Part shown: piece after piece, positions 18,827 to 27,681 of the stretch
How positions within the stretch are numbered: the first letter of the stretch is position 1
How the letters are laid out: the number at the start of each line of letters is the position of its first letter
NCBI GenBank assembly: GCA_963809485.1
Contig: CAWEJX010000005.1
Location: 43,425 to 107,424 of the forward strand
Direction of reading: 5' to 3'
Origin: an uncultured Acidobacteriota bacterium
Lineage (GTDB): Bacteria > Acidobacteriota > UBA6911
DNA length: 64,000 nucleotides
Position numbers and translations under genes: made by a program
The notes under the pieces: generated by a model
The model's database searches: none
What the model was told of the DNA's origin: nothing
What the model saw: only the letters and a program-made list of their open reading frames with translations

Positions 18827-19912
18827 ATGAGAGAAACGGACATATTGATTGGCCAGAAGGTCGTCGGCGAAAGCTCCCGGGTTTTTGTCATTGCCGAAAT
18901 CGGCATCAACCACAACGGCAGCGTGAGCCAGGCGGAAACGATGATTGACGCTGCGGCTCAGGCCGGCGCGGATGCGGTCAAGTTTCAGAGCTTCCGGGCG
19001 GACCGTCTGCTGATCCCATCGAGGGACCGGCATGTCCAGCAGATCACCGGCGCGGAAACCCTTTATCACACATTGCGCCGCTGCGAACTCAGCTGGGAGG
19101 ACCAGGCGAAGCTCAAAAAGCATGCCGACGAAAGGGAAATACTCTTTTTGTCGACTCCCTTCGATGAAGAAAGCGCCGATTTTCTGGATTCGATAGGCGT
19201 GCCGGCCTTCAAAATTTCCTCCCCCGACATCACCCATGTGCCTTTGCTGAGGCATGTGGCATCCAAAGGCAAACCGATTCTGCTCTCCACCGGCATGTCC
19301 TTCCTCAATGAGGTAGCCGATGCCCTGTGGAACCTGCGGGCGGCCGGGGCCAAGGAAATCCTGCTGATGCACTGCGTCTCGGTTTACCCCGCATCCCCGC
19401 AGCACATGAACCTGCAGGCGCTCGGGACCCTGCGGTCCTATTTTGAGCTGCCGGTGGGTTTATCCGACCACAGTGAGGGGATCGTTCTCCCCATGGTGGC
19501 GGTGGCGCTCGGCGCCGTAACCATCGAGAAACACTTCACCCTGGACAAGCAGGCCGATGGCCCGGACCACAAATCCAGCGTCAATCCCGACGAACTGAAG
19601 CAGCTGATACAGGGCCTGAGGGATGTCGAAGTCAGCCTGGGCGACGGCAGGAAAAGGCCAGCCGATGTGGAAGAGGAATTGCGGCTTTACAGCCGCCGCA
19701 GCATCGTCGCCGCCGTCGATATACGCGCCCGCGAGGTTATTGCCCCCTGGATGCTAACGTTCAAGCGTCCCGCAAGCGGCCTGGAACCGCGATATATAGA
19801 CAAAGTAATTGGAATGACCACCCGCCGGAATATTGGCAAAGACACCATCCTGCAATGGGAAGACCTCGCCCCCACCACGGAATCACGAATGAAAAACGCT
19901 GACCCACGCTGA
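18827..19912 (+). CDS. N-acetylneuraminate synthase family protein (NeuB/PseI/LegI-like) with SAF domain
   Basis: IAEIGINHNG, GADAVKFQ, STPFD, GLSDHSEG, IEKHFTLD. Confidence 0.93.
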   Translation: MRETDILIGQKVVGESSRVFVIAEIGINHNGSVSQAETMIDAAAQAGADAVKFQSFRADRLLIPSRDRHVQQITGAETLYHTLRRCELSWEDQAKLKKHADEREILFLSTPFDEESADFLDSIGVPAFKISSPDITHVPLLRHVASKGKPILLSTGMSFLNEVADALWNLRAAGAKEILLMHCVSVYPASPQHMNLQALGTLRSYFELPVGLSDHSEGIVLPMVAVALGAVTIEKHFTLDKQADGPDHKSSVNPDELKQLIQGLRDVEVSLGDGRKRPADVEEELRLYSRRSIVAAVDIRAREVIAPWMLTFKRPASGLEPRYIDKVIGMTTRRNIGKDTILQWEDLAPTTESRMKNADPR

Positions 19913-19992
19913 ACGGACGCTGACCCACGCCGACAAAAATTTATATATATTTTTCCGCGTATGTCGGCGTCCTGTCAGCGTACGTCAGCGTT
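19895..19992. repeat. 10-bp-period ACGC(T/C)GA array arranged as an inverted pair (family C)
   Basis: aacgctgacc cacgctgaac ggacgctgac ccacgccgac - AT-rich core - tcggcgt, tcagcgt, tcagcgtt; also at 15511, 24143, 39014, 45588, 56835, 61066 and inside family A. Confidence 0.85.
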
Positions 19993-20002
19993 ATATATCA
20001 GC

Positions 20003-20944
20003 CTATCTCTGCCAGACGAATGCGCCGAATTGTTTGCGCGTGAGGAATCCCAAACGCTGATACCATTGAAATGCGCGCCGGTTCTCTGCGGTCACGGTCA
20101 GGCTCACCGTGCGGATCCCCGATGCCAGGAAGCCTTCGAACGCGGAGTGCATGAGAGCGTTGCCGATGCCCTTGCCCTGGTGCGAGGGGCGGACGGCGAT
20201 CTGCGGGATCATTCCCGCCGATCCGGAGATGCGGCTGGCGGTGATGAATCCGCACGGATCCCCATCCTCGTCCAGGCAGATGAATGACGCTCCGGGAAGG
20301 AAAAACCCGCAACCGGGATTTTCCACCAGGCTGCGCAAGTAGCTTTCGCATCCCTCCCTGCTTTGATAGTCCTGGCAAATGACGGCGTCGGTCTGGCCCC
20401 GGTAGCTCGCCGAGGTCATCTCGGCCAGGCGTGGAAGGCAGGCAATGCTCCAGGCGACGATTCGCTCCTGCCGGAGAATTGGATTCGGGCGCCGGGGCGT
20501 GCGGGTCAGATCCAGTTCCATGAAATAGCGCGGGTAATGGGAAAAGCCGTGCCGGGTAAAAGCGTGCGTGAGTTCCAGATCGTGGAAGGGAAGAATCTGC
20601 GCTTCCACCCGGCAGATGTTTTGCGCGTCCCTCAGGCTTGTGATGGAGAGCGAGAGAAGCTCATCAACCGCCTGCTGGGAATTGCTTCGCCGGGCTGCAT
20701 AGATGGCCCCGATGATGCCCTTGGCCTGGTTGACCAGAAAGTAAATGTAGGCGACCGCTTCGTGATCGACCAGCGCCACGTAACCGGGCAAAAGCTTCTG
20801 TTGGATAAACGAAACCAATATGCGCCGGACAGGGGCATAATCCCAGTCCAGATCCGACATCCATGCTTTCTCCTCTTCCTCCATGAGAGAGAGCAGGAGC
20901 TCCGGATCGGAGCGGCTTATCGGGAGATATCGGAGGTCGCGCAT
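20003..20944 (-). CDS. GNAT family N-acetyltransferase (tandem fold)
   Basis: IAVRPSHQGKGIGNALM, LTVTAENRRAFQWYQRLGF. Confidence 0.88.
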   Translation of the reverse strand: MRDLRYLPISRSDPELLLSLMEEEEKAWMSDLDWDYAPVRRILVSFIQQKLLPGYVALVDHEAVAYIYFLVNQAKGIIGAIYAARRSNSQQAVDELLSLSITSLRDAQNICRVEAQILPFHDLELTHAFTRHGFSHYPRYFMELDLTRTPRRPNPILRQERIVAWSIACLPRLAEMTSASYRGQTDAVICQDYQSREGCESYLRSLVENPGCGFFLPGASFICLDEDGDPCGFITASRISGSAGMIPQIAVRPSHQGKGIGNALMHSAFEGFLASGIRTVSLTVTAENRRAFQWYQRLGFLTRKQFGAFVWQR

Positions 20945-22035
20945 AGGACGTCGAGGCAGTCCAGGTTTATATGGGATTGGTTTACCGAGTCGTGGATAGC
21001 CAGCCAGGTCTCCGGGGGTACGCCGAGGAAGGCCTCCACGATCCGCGGATCAAACTGGGTTCCGGCGCAGGACCGGATTTCCTTCAAGGCTGCTTCATAG
21101 CTGAGGGCTTTGCGGTAGGGACGGTCGCTGGTCATGGCATCCAGGGTATCCGCCACCGCGAATACCCTGGCCCCCAGCGGGATATTCTCGCCGGATAGGC
21201 CGTTCGGGTACCCTCGCCCGTCCCATCGCTCCTGGTGGGACAGGACAATCCTGGCCGCCGGCGCCAGAAACTCGATGCTCTGGAGGATGTCGTAGCCGAT
21301 CCGCGGATGCTTCTTCATTTCCACCCATTCCTCTTTGCTCAGTTTCCCGGGCTTCAGAAGGATCGAGTCGGGAACGCCGATTTTTCCGACATCGTGAAGC
21401 AGCGCGCCGCGCCCGACCTGGACCAGGTCTTCCTGCCCCAGTTCCAGGTGTGCAGCCAGCGTCAGCGTGTATTCCCGCACCCTCTGGGAGTGTGCCTGCG
21501 TCTCATGCTCACGGGCATCCAGAGCCGTTACCAGCGCCTCCAGAGTGATCTTGTAACTTTCCTCCACTCCCTGCAAGGCTTCATTGAGTTCCAGGGTGCG
21601 CTTGCGGACCTTGGACTCAAGTTTTTCGCGATAGCGGCGGTTTTCAATGAGCAGCCTTCGACGCTCGAATGCGCGCTCGACTGCGTGCCGCATGCCCTGC
21701 AAATCGAAGGGCTTGGTGATGAAATCGCAGGCGCCGATGCGCAACGAATCCACCGCCAGGTGAATATCCTTCATGCCCGTGATCATGATAAAGGCTATTT
21801 CCGGATCCTTCCCCTTGACCCGGTGCAGAAGCTCCATTCCGGAAATCCCGGGCATCATGATATCACTGATCACGAGAGAAAAATTCCTCTGCTTCAGCTT
21901 GCAGAGCGCGTCCATTCCGTCGTGCGAGGTCTCACACTCAGCCCCCTCGCTCTCCAGGTGCCTTTTCAGGACCGAACGAACGTTGGCTTCGTCGTCGACA
22001 ATGAGGATTCGCTCGCGCACCTTTTTTGATGTCAT
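20917..22035 (-). CDS. Response regulator with HD-GYP cyclic-di-nucleotide phosphodiesterase domain
   Basis: REC ILIVDDE/ISDIMMP; HSQRV, LHDVGKIG, HQERWDGRGYP, DAMTSDRPY. Confidence 0.93.
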   Translation of the reverse strand: MTSKKVRERILIVDDEANVRSVLKRHLESEGAECETSHDGMDALCKLKQRNFSLVISDIMMPGISGMELLHRVKGKDPEIAFIMITGMKDIHLAVDSLRIGACDFITKPFDLQGMRHAVERAFERRRLLIENRRYREKLESKVRKRTLELNEALQGVEESYKITLEALVTALDAREHETQAHSQRVREYTLTLAAHLELGQEDLVQVGRGALLHDVGKIGVPDSILLKPGKLSKEEWVEMKKHPRIGYDILQSIEFLAPAARIVLSHQERWDGRGYPNGLSGENIPLGARVFAVADTLDAMTSDRPYRKALSYEAALKEIRSCAGTQFDPRIVEAFLGVPPETWLAIHDSVNQSHINLDCLDVLCATSDISR

Positions 22036-22050
22036 GGGATTGCCGGAAAT

Positions 22051-22392
22051 TCAGGAGGAGCCTGGATTCTTTTTCTGTTCCCGGATTTTGTTCATGACCC
22101 GGTAATGCTGATCGCGCATCAACCCTTCTATGCGGCTGGAATCCTGGGATTCGAGCACGTCGGGTGGATACTCCGATTTGGTGGAAAACACGACGCGCCC
22201 ATTGGAAAAAACCTGGGTCAGGATGCACATCGCGGGGGATTTCATGTTTTCGGTCTGAACATGGAGCTGCCGGCCCATAAAATCCAGGTTGTCGTTCAGT
22301 CCCATGACCGTAGGGACCGCAGCGGATGGGATGCTCCTGTCGACCCCGCTCTCCTTTCCGGATGTCTCAGCCTGCAGATCCTTTGAATGCAT
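22051..22392 (-). CDS. Hypothetical protein
   Basis: 113 aa with RBS; GLNDNLDFMGRQLHVQTE...TQVFSNGRVV...LMRDQHYRV; co-oriented with HD-GYP gene. Confidence 0.7.
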   Translation of the reverse strand: MHSKDLQAETSGKESGVDRSIPSAAVPTVMGLNDNLDFMGRQLHVQTENMKSPAMCILTQVFSNGRVVFSTKSEYPPDVLESQDSSRIEGLMRDQHYRVMNKIREQKKNPGSS

Positions 22393-22424
22393 GCTTCCCC
22401 CTGCCCTGTATCAGGCTTTTTCCT

Positions 22425-22452
22425 TTATCGACGAATTGAAGGGGGAGCATTA
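22425..22452 (-). promoter_or_regulatory. Candidate sigma-28 promoter
   Basis: Minus strand TAAT-N16-GTCGATAA (consensus TAAA-N15/16-GCCGATAA), 32 bp above the 22392 start. Confidence 0.35.
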
Positions 22453-22700
22453 CGTTGAACGTTTAAACGTTCAAACGTTGAACGTTAAAACCATGTGATG
22501 GGTTGCGAGTGATTGATGATTCAAGGTGGAAAGTGAAAACGTTTAAACGTTTACACGTTAAAACGTTGAACGTTAAAACCAATATGATGGGTTTTGAGTA
22601 ATTGATGACTCAAGGTGGAAGGTGGAAAACCCAAATGATGGATTGTGAGCAATTAATGATTGAACGTTCAAACGTTCAACGTTTAAACGTTCAACGTTCA
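22452..22700. repeat. Large family D array with three degenerate 35-bp units
   Basis: AACGTT 7/8-mers interleaved with AAAACC-N4-TGATGG.TT..GAG..ATT.ATGA units near 22487, 22575 and 22626. Confidence 0.85.
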
Positions 22701-24038
22701 GATGGCCTGCGGTTCCGGGAACAGGAAGGGATGGAGTGCCGTGGACTGGAGGAATCTCCAGACGTAGCGCGGGCGCAGATGATAGGAAACATAAGCGAAT
22801 TCGCGCAGCCGGTGGAGTTCCTCGGGCAGGATGCTGGGGTGCCTGTAGACACTCGTCCAGCCGTTGAAGCGTTCCCAGTCGCGTTCAAAAATGGACGGCC
22901 GGACGGAATCGTAAAACTGCGTGCCCGGGTACGGTGTGGTCACCGTGAACTGGATGGCGAACGTGTTGAGCCTCTTGGCGTAGCGTATGGTTTCGTGGAT
23001 CCCTTCCACCGTGTCGTTCGGGAGGCCAAGGGTGTAATTGGCGATGACCCGGATGCCGAGCTTGTGGCATTCGTTGATGATGCGTTCCTGCTGGTCTATG
23101 GGTGTGGCCTTGCGCTGGTTTTTGCGCAGCATCTCGTGGTTGGAGGATTCCACCCCGACCTCGATGCTCCTCAGCCCCGCGCGGTACAGCAATTGGATCA
23201 GCTCCGGATCCAGACGATCGGTGCGCGCCTCCATGCTCCAGCGCACGTCCAGATTGTATTTCAGCAGAAGATCCGCAAACTCGCCGGCACGTTTCATGTC
23301 GAAGGTCAGATTGGGGTCGCGGAAGGAGATGCCGTGAATTCCGTATTGATCCACCAGATACCGTATTTCGTCGACGATGCTTTCGGGAGTGCGTACGCGA
23401 TACTTTGAATTCACCAGGTAAGGGCAATAATTGCAGGTATAGGGGCAGCCTCGGCTCCCGAGCATCGGGAGCGTAATCCCTTTGTTGGTGATAATCTGGT
23501 AGCGAAACCGCCGGATATCGAACTGGTCCCATTTGGGGTAGGGAAGCCCGTCAAGGTCCTCGACGAATCCGGCGGAAATTGTCCCTGAAGGTATCTCTCC
23601 CCGGGCCAGCGCCGGGGCGATGTTCTCGATTTCCTCTTTGACCACAAAATCTGAAGCGCCGCTGAAGAAGTCGGGAACGGCGGACGCGAACGTTCCGAAG
23701 TACCCCACTCTGGCCCCGAACCTGCGCCTGGCTTCCAGCCCGAGTTCTCGTTCCAGGTTGCAGTCGACAATGGAGGATGAGATGAGATACAGGTCCGCCG
23801 GCACGAGCTGGTCGGCGCGGCGCACATCCAGGATCCTGACCGATGCGCCGTGGGCCGAGAGGATCGAGTCCAGATACGCAAGGGTGATGTTGGGAATGGC
23901 CGCGATGCGTCTTTTGGCAATTTCCAGGAGCCGGGCGAAGGGGGAATTACCCACTGTGAAAACAGTGCCGAACCCGCCGGCAACATCCTTCAGCGTGCAG
24001 TTTTTCTGGCGGCTTGCATTCAGTACTGCTATTTTCAC
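22698..24038 (-). CDS. Radical SAM protein, class B-like architecture
   Basis: SRGCPYTCNYC, GVESSN, TPYPGT; GTG start after GAAGGA. Confidence 0.9.
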   Translation of the reverse strand: MKIAVLNASRQKNCTLKDVAGGFGTVFTVGNSPFARLLEIAKRRIAAIPNITLAYLDSILSAHGASVRILDVRRADQLVPADLYLISSSIVDCNLERELGLEARRRFGARVGYFGTFASAVPDFFSGASDFVVKEEIENIAPALARGEIPSGTISAGFVEDLDGLPYPKWDQFDIRRFRYQIITNKGITLPMLGSRGCPYTCNYCPYLVNSKYRVRTPESIVDEIRYLVDQYGIHGISFRDPNLTFDMKRAGEFADLLLKYNLDVRWSMEARTDRLDPELIQLLYRAGLRSIEVGVESSNHEMLRKNQRKATPIDQQERIINECHKLGIRVIANYTLGLPNDTVEGIHETIRYAKRLNTFAIQFTVTTPYPGTQFYDSVRPSIFERDWERFNGWTSVYRHPSILPEELHRLREFAYVSYHLRPRYVWRFLQSTALHPFLFPEPQAI

Positions 24039-24328
24039 GTAAGTCCTTCTTCCTTCAGCGGGGCCGTTCATGATTGACGCGGCGCCCATGTAAAAAACCC
24101 GTAATTATAGCAGCCGCAGCGGCAAATGCAAGAAATCCAAATAACGCTGATAAACGCCGACGAACGCCGATGAAAAATTTCAAGATTTTTTCATTGTTTG
24201 TCAGCCTCGGTCCGCGTCCGTCAGCCCCAATCTGGACAAACCTGGCCTTCCGGCCTTATGGGGCTTTTGGCCGGGTTCAGGACAGGAAACATGGCATAAT
24301 GAAAGACTGTATTCGTGAAAGGACCGGT

Positions 24329-25258
24329 ATGAGTACGAGGGAGTTTATTGCACTGGGGACCAGCAGCCAGGCGCCGACGAGAGAACGGAGCCACAATTCC
24401 TACCTGCTGCGTTGGGACGGCGAGGGTTTCCTGTTCGATCCCGGCGAGGGTGCCCAGCGTCAGCTCACGCTGGCCGGTGTGGCGGCCAGTTCCGTGAACA
24501 GCATTTGCATCACGCACCTGCACGGCGATCATTGCCTGGGTCTGGCAGGCGTGATTCAACGGCTTTCGCTGGACCGCTGCAGCCATCCCGTTCACATTTA
24601 CTTTCCCGAAAGCGGGCAGCACTTCATCGACAGACTCTGCACCGCCTCCATATATGTTTCGCAGGTGCAAACGATCTTTCACCCCGTCCCTGAACAATCA
24701 GACCTCCTGATTGATTTGAGCCGGACCGCAAGCTACACCCTGACAGCTCATGCGCTCGTACATTCGGTCCCGACCATCGGGTTCCGGCTTGAAGAGCACC
24801 CGGGATTGAGATTTTTGCCCGAAAAACTCGAAAGTGCAGGGGTGCGCGGTCCAAGGGTTGGGGAGCTCGAACGCCTGGGCAGCATCGAAATTGGCGGCCG
24901 CATTGTTCGCCGGGAAGATGTCAGTGTCATCCGGCGAGGAAGCATCTTTGCCTTTGTCATGGACACCAGGCCCTGTCCCGGCGCCGACATCCTGGCAAAG
25001 GATGCGGATTTGCTCGTGATGGAAGCGACCTATGCGTCGGAACAGCAGGACCTGGCCGATTTTTACGGCCACTCGACCGCCGCCGGCGCCGCCCTGACGG
25101 CGCTCCGGGCCGGCGCACGCAGGCTTGCGCTGACGCATTTTTCTCAGCGCTATCCCGATTCCGGACAACACCTCGCCGACGCTCGCCGCATATTCGATAA
25201 CGTCATAGCCCTCAACGACTTAGACCGCATTGAGATCCCCCGCCATCCCAATACATAA
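24329..25258 (+). CDS. rnz: Ribonuclease Z
   Basis: LGTSSQAPTRER, FDPGEGAQ, THLHGDH, DTRP, EAT, LTHFSQRY. Confidence 0.93.
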   Translation: MSTREFIALGTSSQAPTRERSHNSYLLRWDGEGFLFDPGEGAQRQLTLAGVAASSVNSICITHLHGDHCLGLAGVIQRLSLDRCSHPVHIYFPESGQHFIDRLCTASIYVSQVQTIFHPVPEQSDLLIDLSRTASYTLTAHALVHSVPTIGFRLEEHPGLRFLPEKLESAGVRGPRVGELERLGSIEIGGRIVRREDVSVIRRGSIFAFVMDTRPCPGADILAKDADLLVMEATYASEQQDLADFYGHSTAAGAALTALRAGARRLALTHFSQRYPDSGQHLADARRIFDNVIALNDLDRIEIPRHPNT

Positions 25259-25308
25259 CGTGGAAGGTGGAAAGTGGAAAGACCACCTGATGGATTATGA
25301 GGACCTTA

Positions 25309-25710
25309 TAATTGCATTGGCAAACCCCCGACTGTGCCGGGGGACTCGAAGAGTTTGACAGCTCCGTATTTTGAAACGCTGAGAAACGCTGATAAAGGCG
25401 CCGACAAACGCCGATTTGTTCGGCGTGGGTCGGCGAGCAAAAGCCGATGAGGCGCTTCCGATCGAGTTTTCTGCGGCGGCACTGTGGCAAACGCCCGGTT
25501 TCTCATACCCTTCATCTTCTTGCCGCACGGCGCTTGCCACAGTGCCGCCGCAGAAAACTGTCCAGCGCGGAGCGCTGGCCCCTGCAGGGATCGGAAGCGC
25601 CTCATCGGCTTTTGCCCGCGTAAGTCAGCGTTCAAGACCGGCGTAACTCCTCCAACCTCTTTGAGCGGTTCAAATCTTTCAAGCCTCGGCTTTGCCGGAG
25701 GTACCTGACT
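25309..25710 (+). mobile_element. Family A element, full form, flanked by inverted family D arrays
   Basis: Closely matches 3272-3673 with the same inner orientation. Confidence 0.85.
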
Positions 25711-25860
25711 GAACGTTCAAAACGTTCCACCTTCCACGTTCCGCCTTCAACGTTTGAACGTTTAAACGTTCTAACGTTCCACATTCAAGATCACGCCATT
25801 TTCATCAAATAATTTGAAGTTTCGCGCGCCGTTTGGTAGCTTAAATTTTCGGGCCATTGG

Positions 25861-26463
25861 ATGCCCGAGGTTAAGGCTGAAGCCAGTTTATCAATGATAG
25901 AACAGAACGCTTCCGACACCGAAGCCCAACCGAAACCCAAGGGATTTATATTAGCCATCGAGCTTAAATCCTGGTTCCGCGATATCCTCTTCGCTTTTGC
26001 GGTCGCAATTTTCATTGTAATTTTCGTGATACAGCCGGTCAAAGTTGAGGGTACGAGCATGCAGCCGCAGCTCGTGGACCAGGAGAGAATTTTCGTGAAT
26101 CGGTTCATCTACCGCTTCAAAGACATCGGGCGGGGTGACATTGTGGTCTTCTGGTATCCCAAGGACCGCACCAAATCCTTCATAAAAAGGGTTGTCGGCA
26201 TTCCGGGCGACGAGGTCGAAATCAGGGATGGTTCGGTCTACATCAATGGAGCCCGGGTCAATGAGCCCTATTTGAAACCGGAATTCCGGGACTACAGGAC
26301 CTTTAGGAAAATGGTTGTTCCCGGCGGCCAATATTTTGTGCTGGGAGATCACCGCAATTCCAGCAATGACAGCCGCAGCTGGGGATGTGTCGCACAATCT
26401 CTGATCTACGGCAAGGCGGTCTTCAGCTACTGGCCCTTCTCGCGGTTGGGGCTGGTGGAGTAA
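25861..26463 (+). CDS. lepB: Signal peptidase I
   Basis: VEGTSMQP, FIKRVVGIPGD, GDHRNSSNDSR. Confidence 0.95.
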   Translation: MPEVKAEASLSMIEQNASDTEAQPKPKGFILAIELKSWFRDILFAFAVAIFIVIFVIQPVKVEGTSMQPQLVDQERIFVNRFIYRFKDIGRGDIVVFWYPKDRTKSFIKRVVGIPGDEVEIRDGSVYINGARVNEPYLKPEFRDYRTFRKMVVPGGQYFVLGDHRNSSNDSRSWGCVAQSLIYGKAVFSYWPFSRLGLVE

Positions 26464-26544
26464 CAGGAAGTGGCGGCGCGGATCGATAGCGTTCCGGTTT
26501 AACGGCGGCTGACTGAAGTCCTTCGGCAGCAGATCCAGAACAAA

Positions 26545-27681
26545 ATGAAAGCAATGCTCATACTGGAAGATGGTCGTATGTTCGCAGGCCAGGCATTCGG
26601 CTCTCGGGGCGAAACTGCCGGTGAAGTGGTTTTCAACACGTCCTTGGCCGGGTACCAGGAGATTCTCACCGATCCGTCCTACGCGGGCCAGATCGTCGTC
26701 ATGACTTACCCGCACATCGGCAATTACGGGACCAACGCCGACGATGAGGAATCGCGGCGGCCCTATGTCGAAGGGTTCGTGGCGCGCGAGTTCAGCTCCG
26801 TCTCATCGAACTGGCGCTCGAGCGAGGACCTCGATGCCTATCTCAAGCGGCATAATATCGTATCAATTTCCGGCGTGGACACGCGTGCCGTCGTGTTGCA
26901 CATACGCAGCCGGGGCGCCATGCGCGGAGTCATAAGCTCCCTGGACACCGATCCGGACCGCCTGGTTGCGCGCGCCCGGTCCATCCCCAACATGCTGGGA
27001 TGCGACCTGGCCTCCTCGGTATCCTGTACGAAGCCCTATGAGATCGCCGGCTCATCGGAGGAGCCGGACGCGGTGCGATTCAGGGTTGTGGCCTACGACT
27101 ACGGGATCAAGCGCAATATCCTGAACAACCTCGCCGGGGCCGGCTGCAATGTGACGGTCGTGCCGGCCCGGACATCCGCGGAGGATGTGCTGGCACTCGG
27201 CCCTGACGGCGTCTTCCTGTCCAACGGGCCCGGGGATCCCGAACCCCTGGAGTATGCTGTTTCCAATATACGCAGCCTTCTCGGCCGCGTGCCCGTTTTC
27301 GGGATATGCCTCGGGCATCAGCTGATGGGACTGGCGTTCGGAGGAAAGACCTTCAAGCTGAAGTTCGGCCACCGGGGAGGGAACCAGCCGGTGAAAAACC
27401 TGCTCACGGGCCGCGTCGAGATCACCGCCCAGAACCACGGTTTTGCCGTGGACCCGGACTCGCTCGACACGCGTCAGGTGGAATGGACGCACATCAACCT
27501 GAACGATCAGACCCTGGAAGGAATACGGCACCGCAGCCTGCCGGCCTTCTCCGTCCAGTACCATCCCGAAGCTTCTCCCGGCCCTCACGATTCCCACTAC
27601 CTTTTCGAAGAATTTATGAACCTGATGCTGCAATTCCGGAAGCCTCCATGCCCAAGCGAACCGACCTCGAAAAAATCCTGA
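26545..27681 (+). CDS. carA: Carbamoyl-phosphate synthase small subunit
   Basis: [32 protein letters not shown]. Confidence 0.97.
   Translation: MKAMLILEDGRMFAGQAFGSRGETAGEVVFNTSLAGYQEILTDPSYAGQIVVMTYPHIGNYGTNADDEESRRPYVEGFVAREFSSVSSNWRSSEDLDAYLKRHNIVSISGVDTRAVVLHIRSRGAMRGVISSLDTDPDRLVARARSIPNMLGCDLASSVSCTKPYEIAGSSEEPDAVRFRVVAYDYGIKRNILNNLAGAGCNVTVVPARTSAEDVLALGPDGVFLSNGPGDPEPLEYAVSNIRSLLGRVPVFGICLGHQLMGLAFGGKTFKLKFGHRGGNQPVKNLLTGRVEITAQNHGFAVDPDSLDTRQVEWTHINLNDQTLEGIRHRSLPAFSVQYHPEASPGPHDSHYLFEEFMNLMLQFRKPPCPSEPTSKKS

Noticed and set aside
22487-22661. Possible CRISPR array
   Set aside because: Units are degenerate, spacers are themselves simple repeats of unequal length, and no cas genes are present.
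27648-27681. 34-bp carA/carB overlap as a recoding or fusion signal
   Set aside because: Both genes are complete with normal motifs; a short overlap is ordinary.
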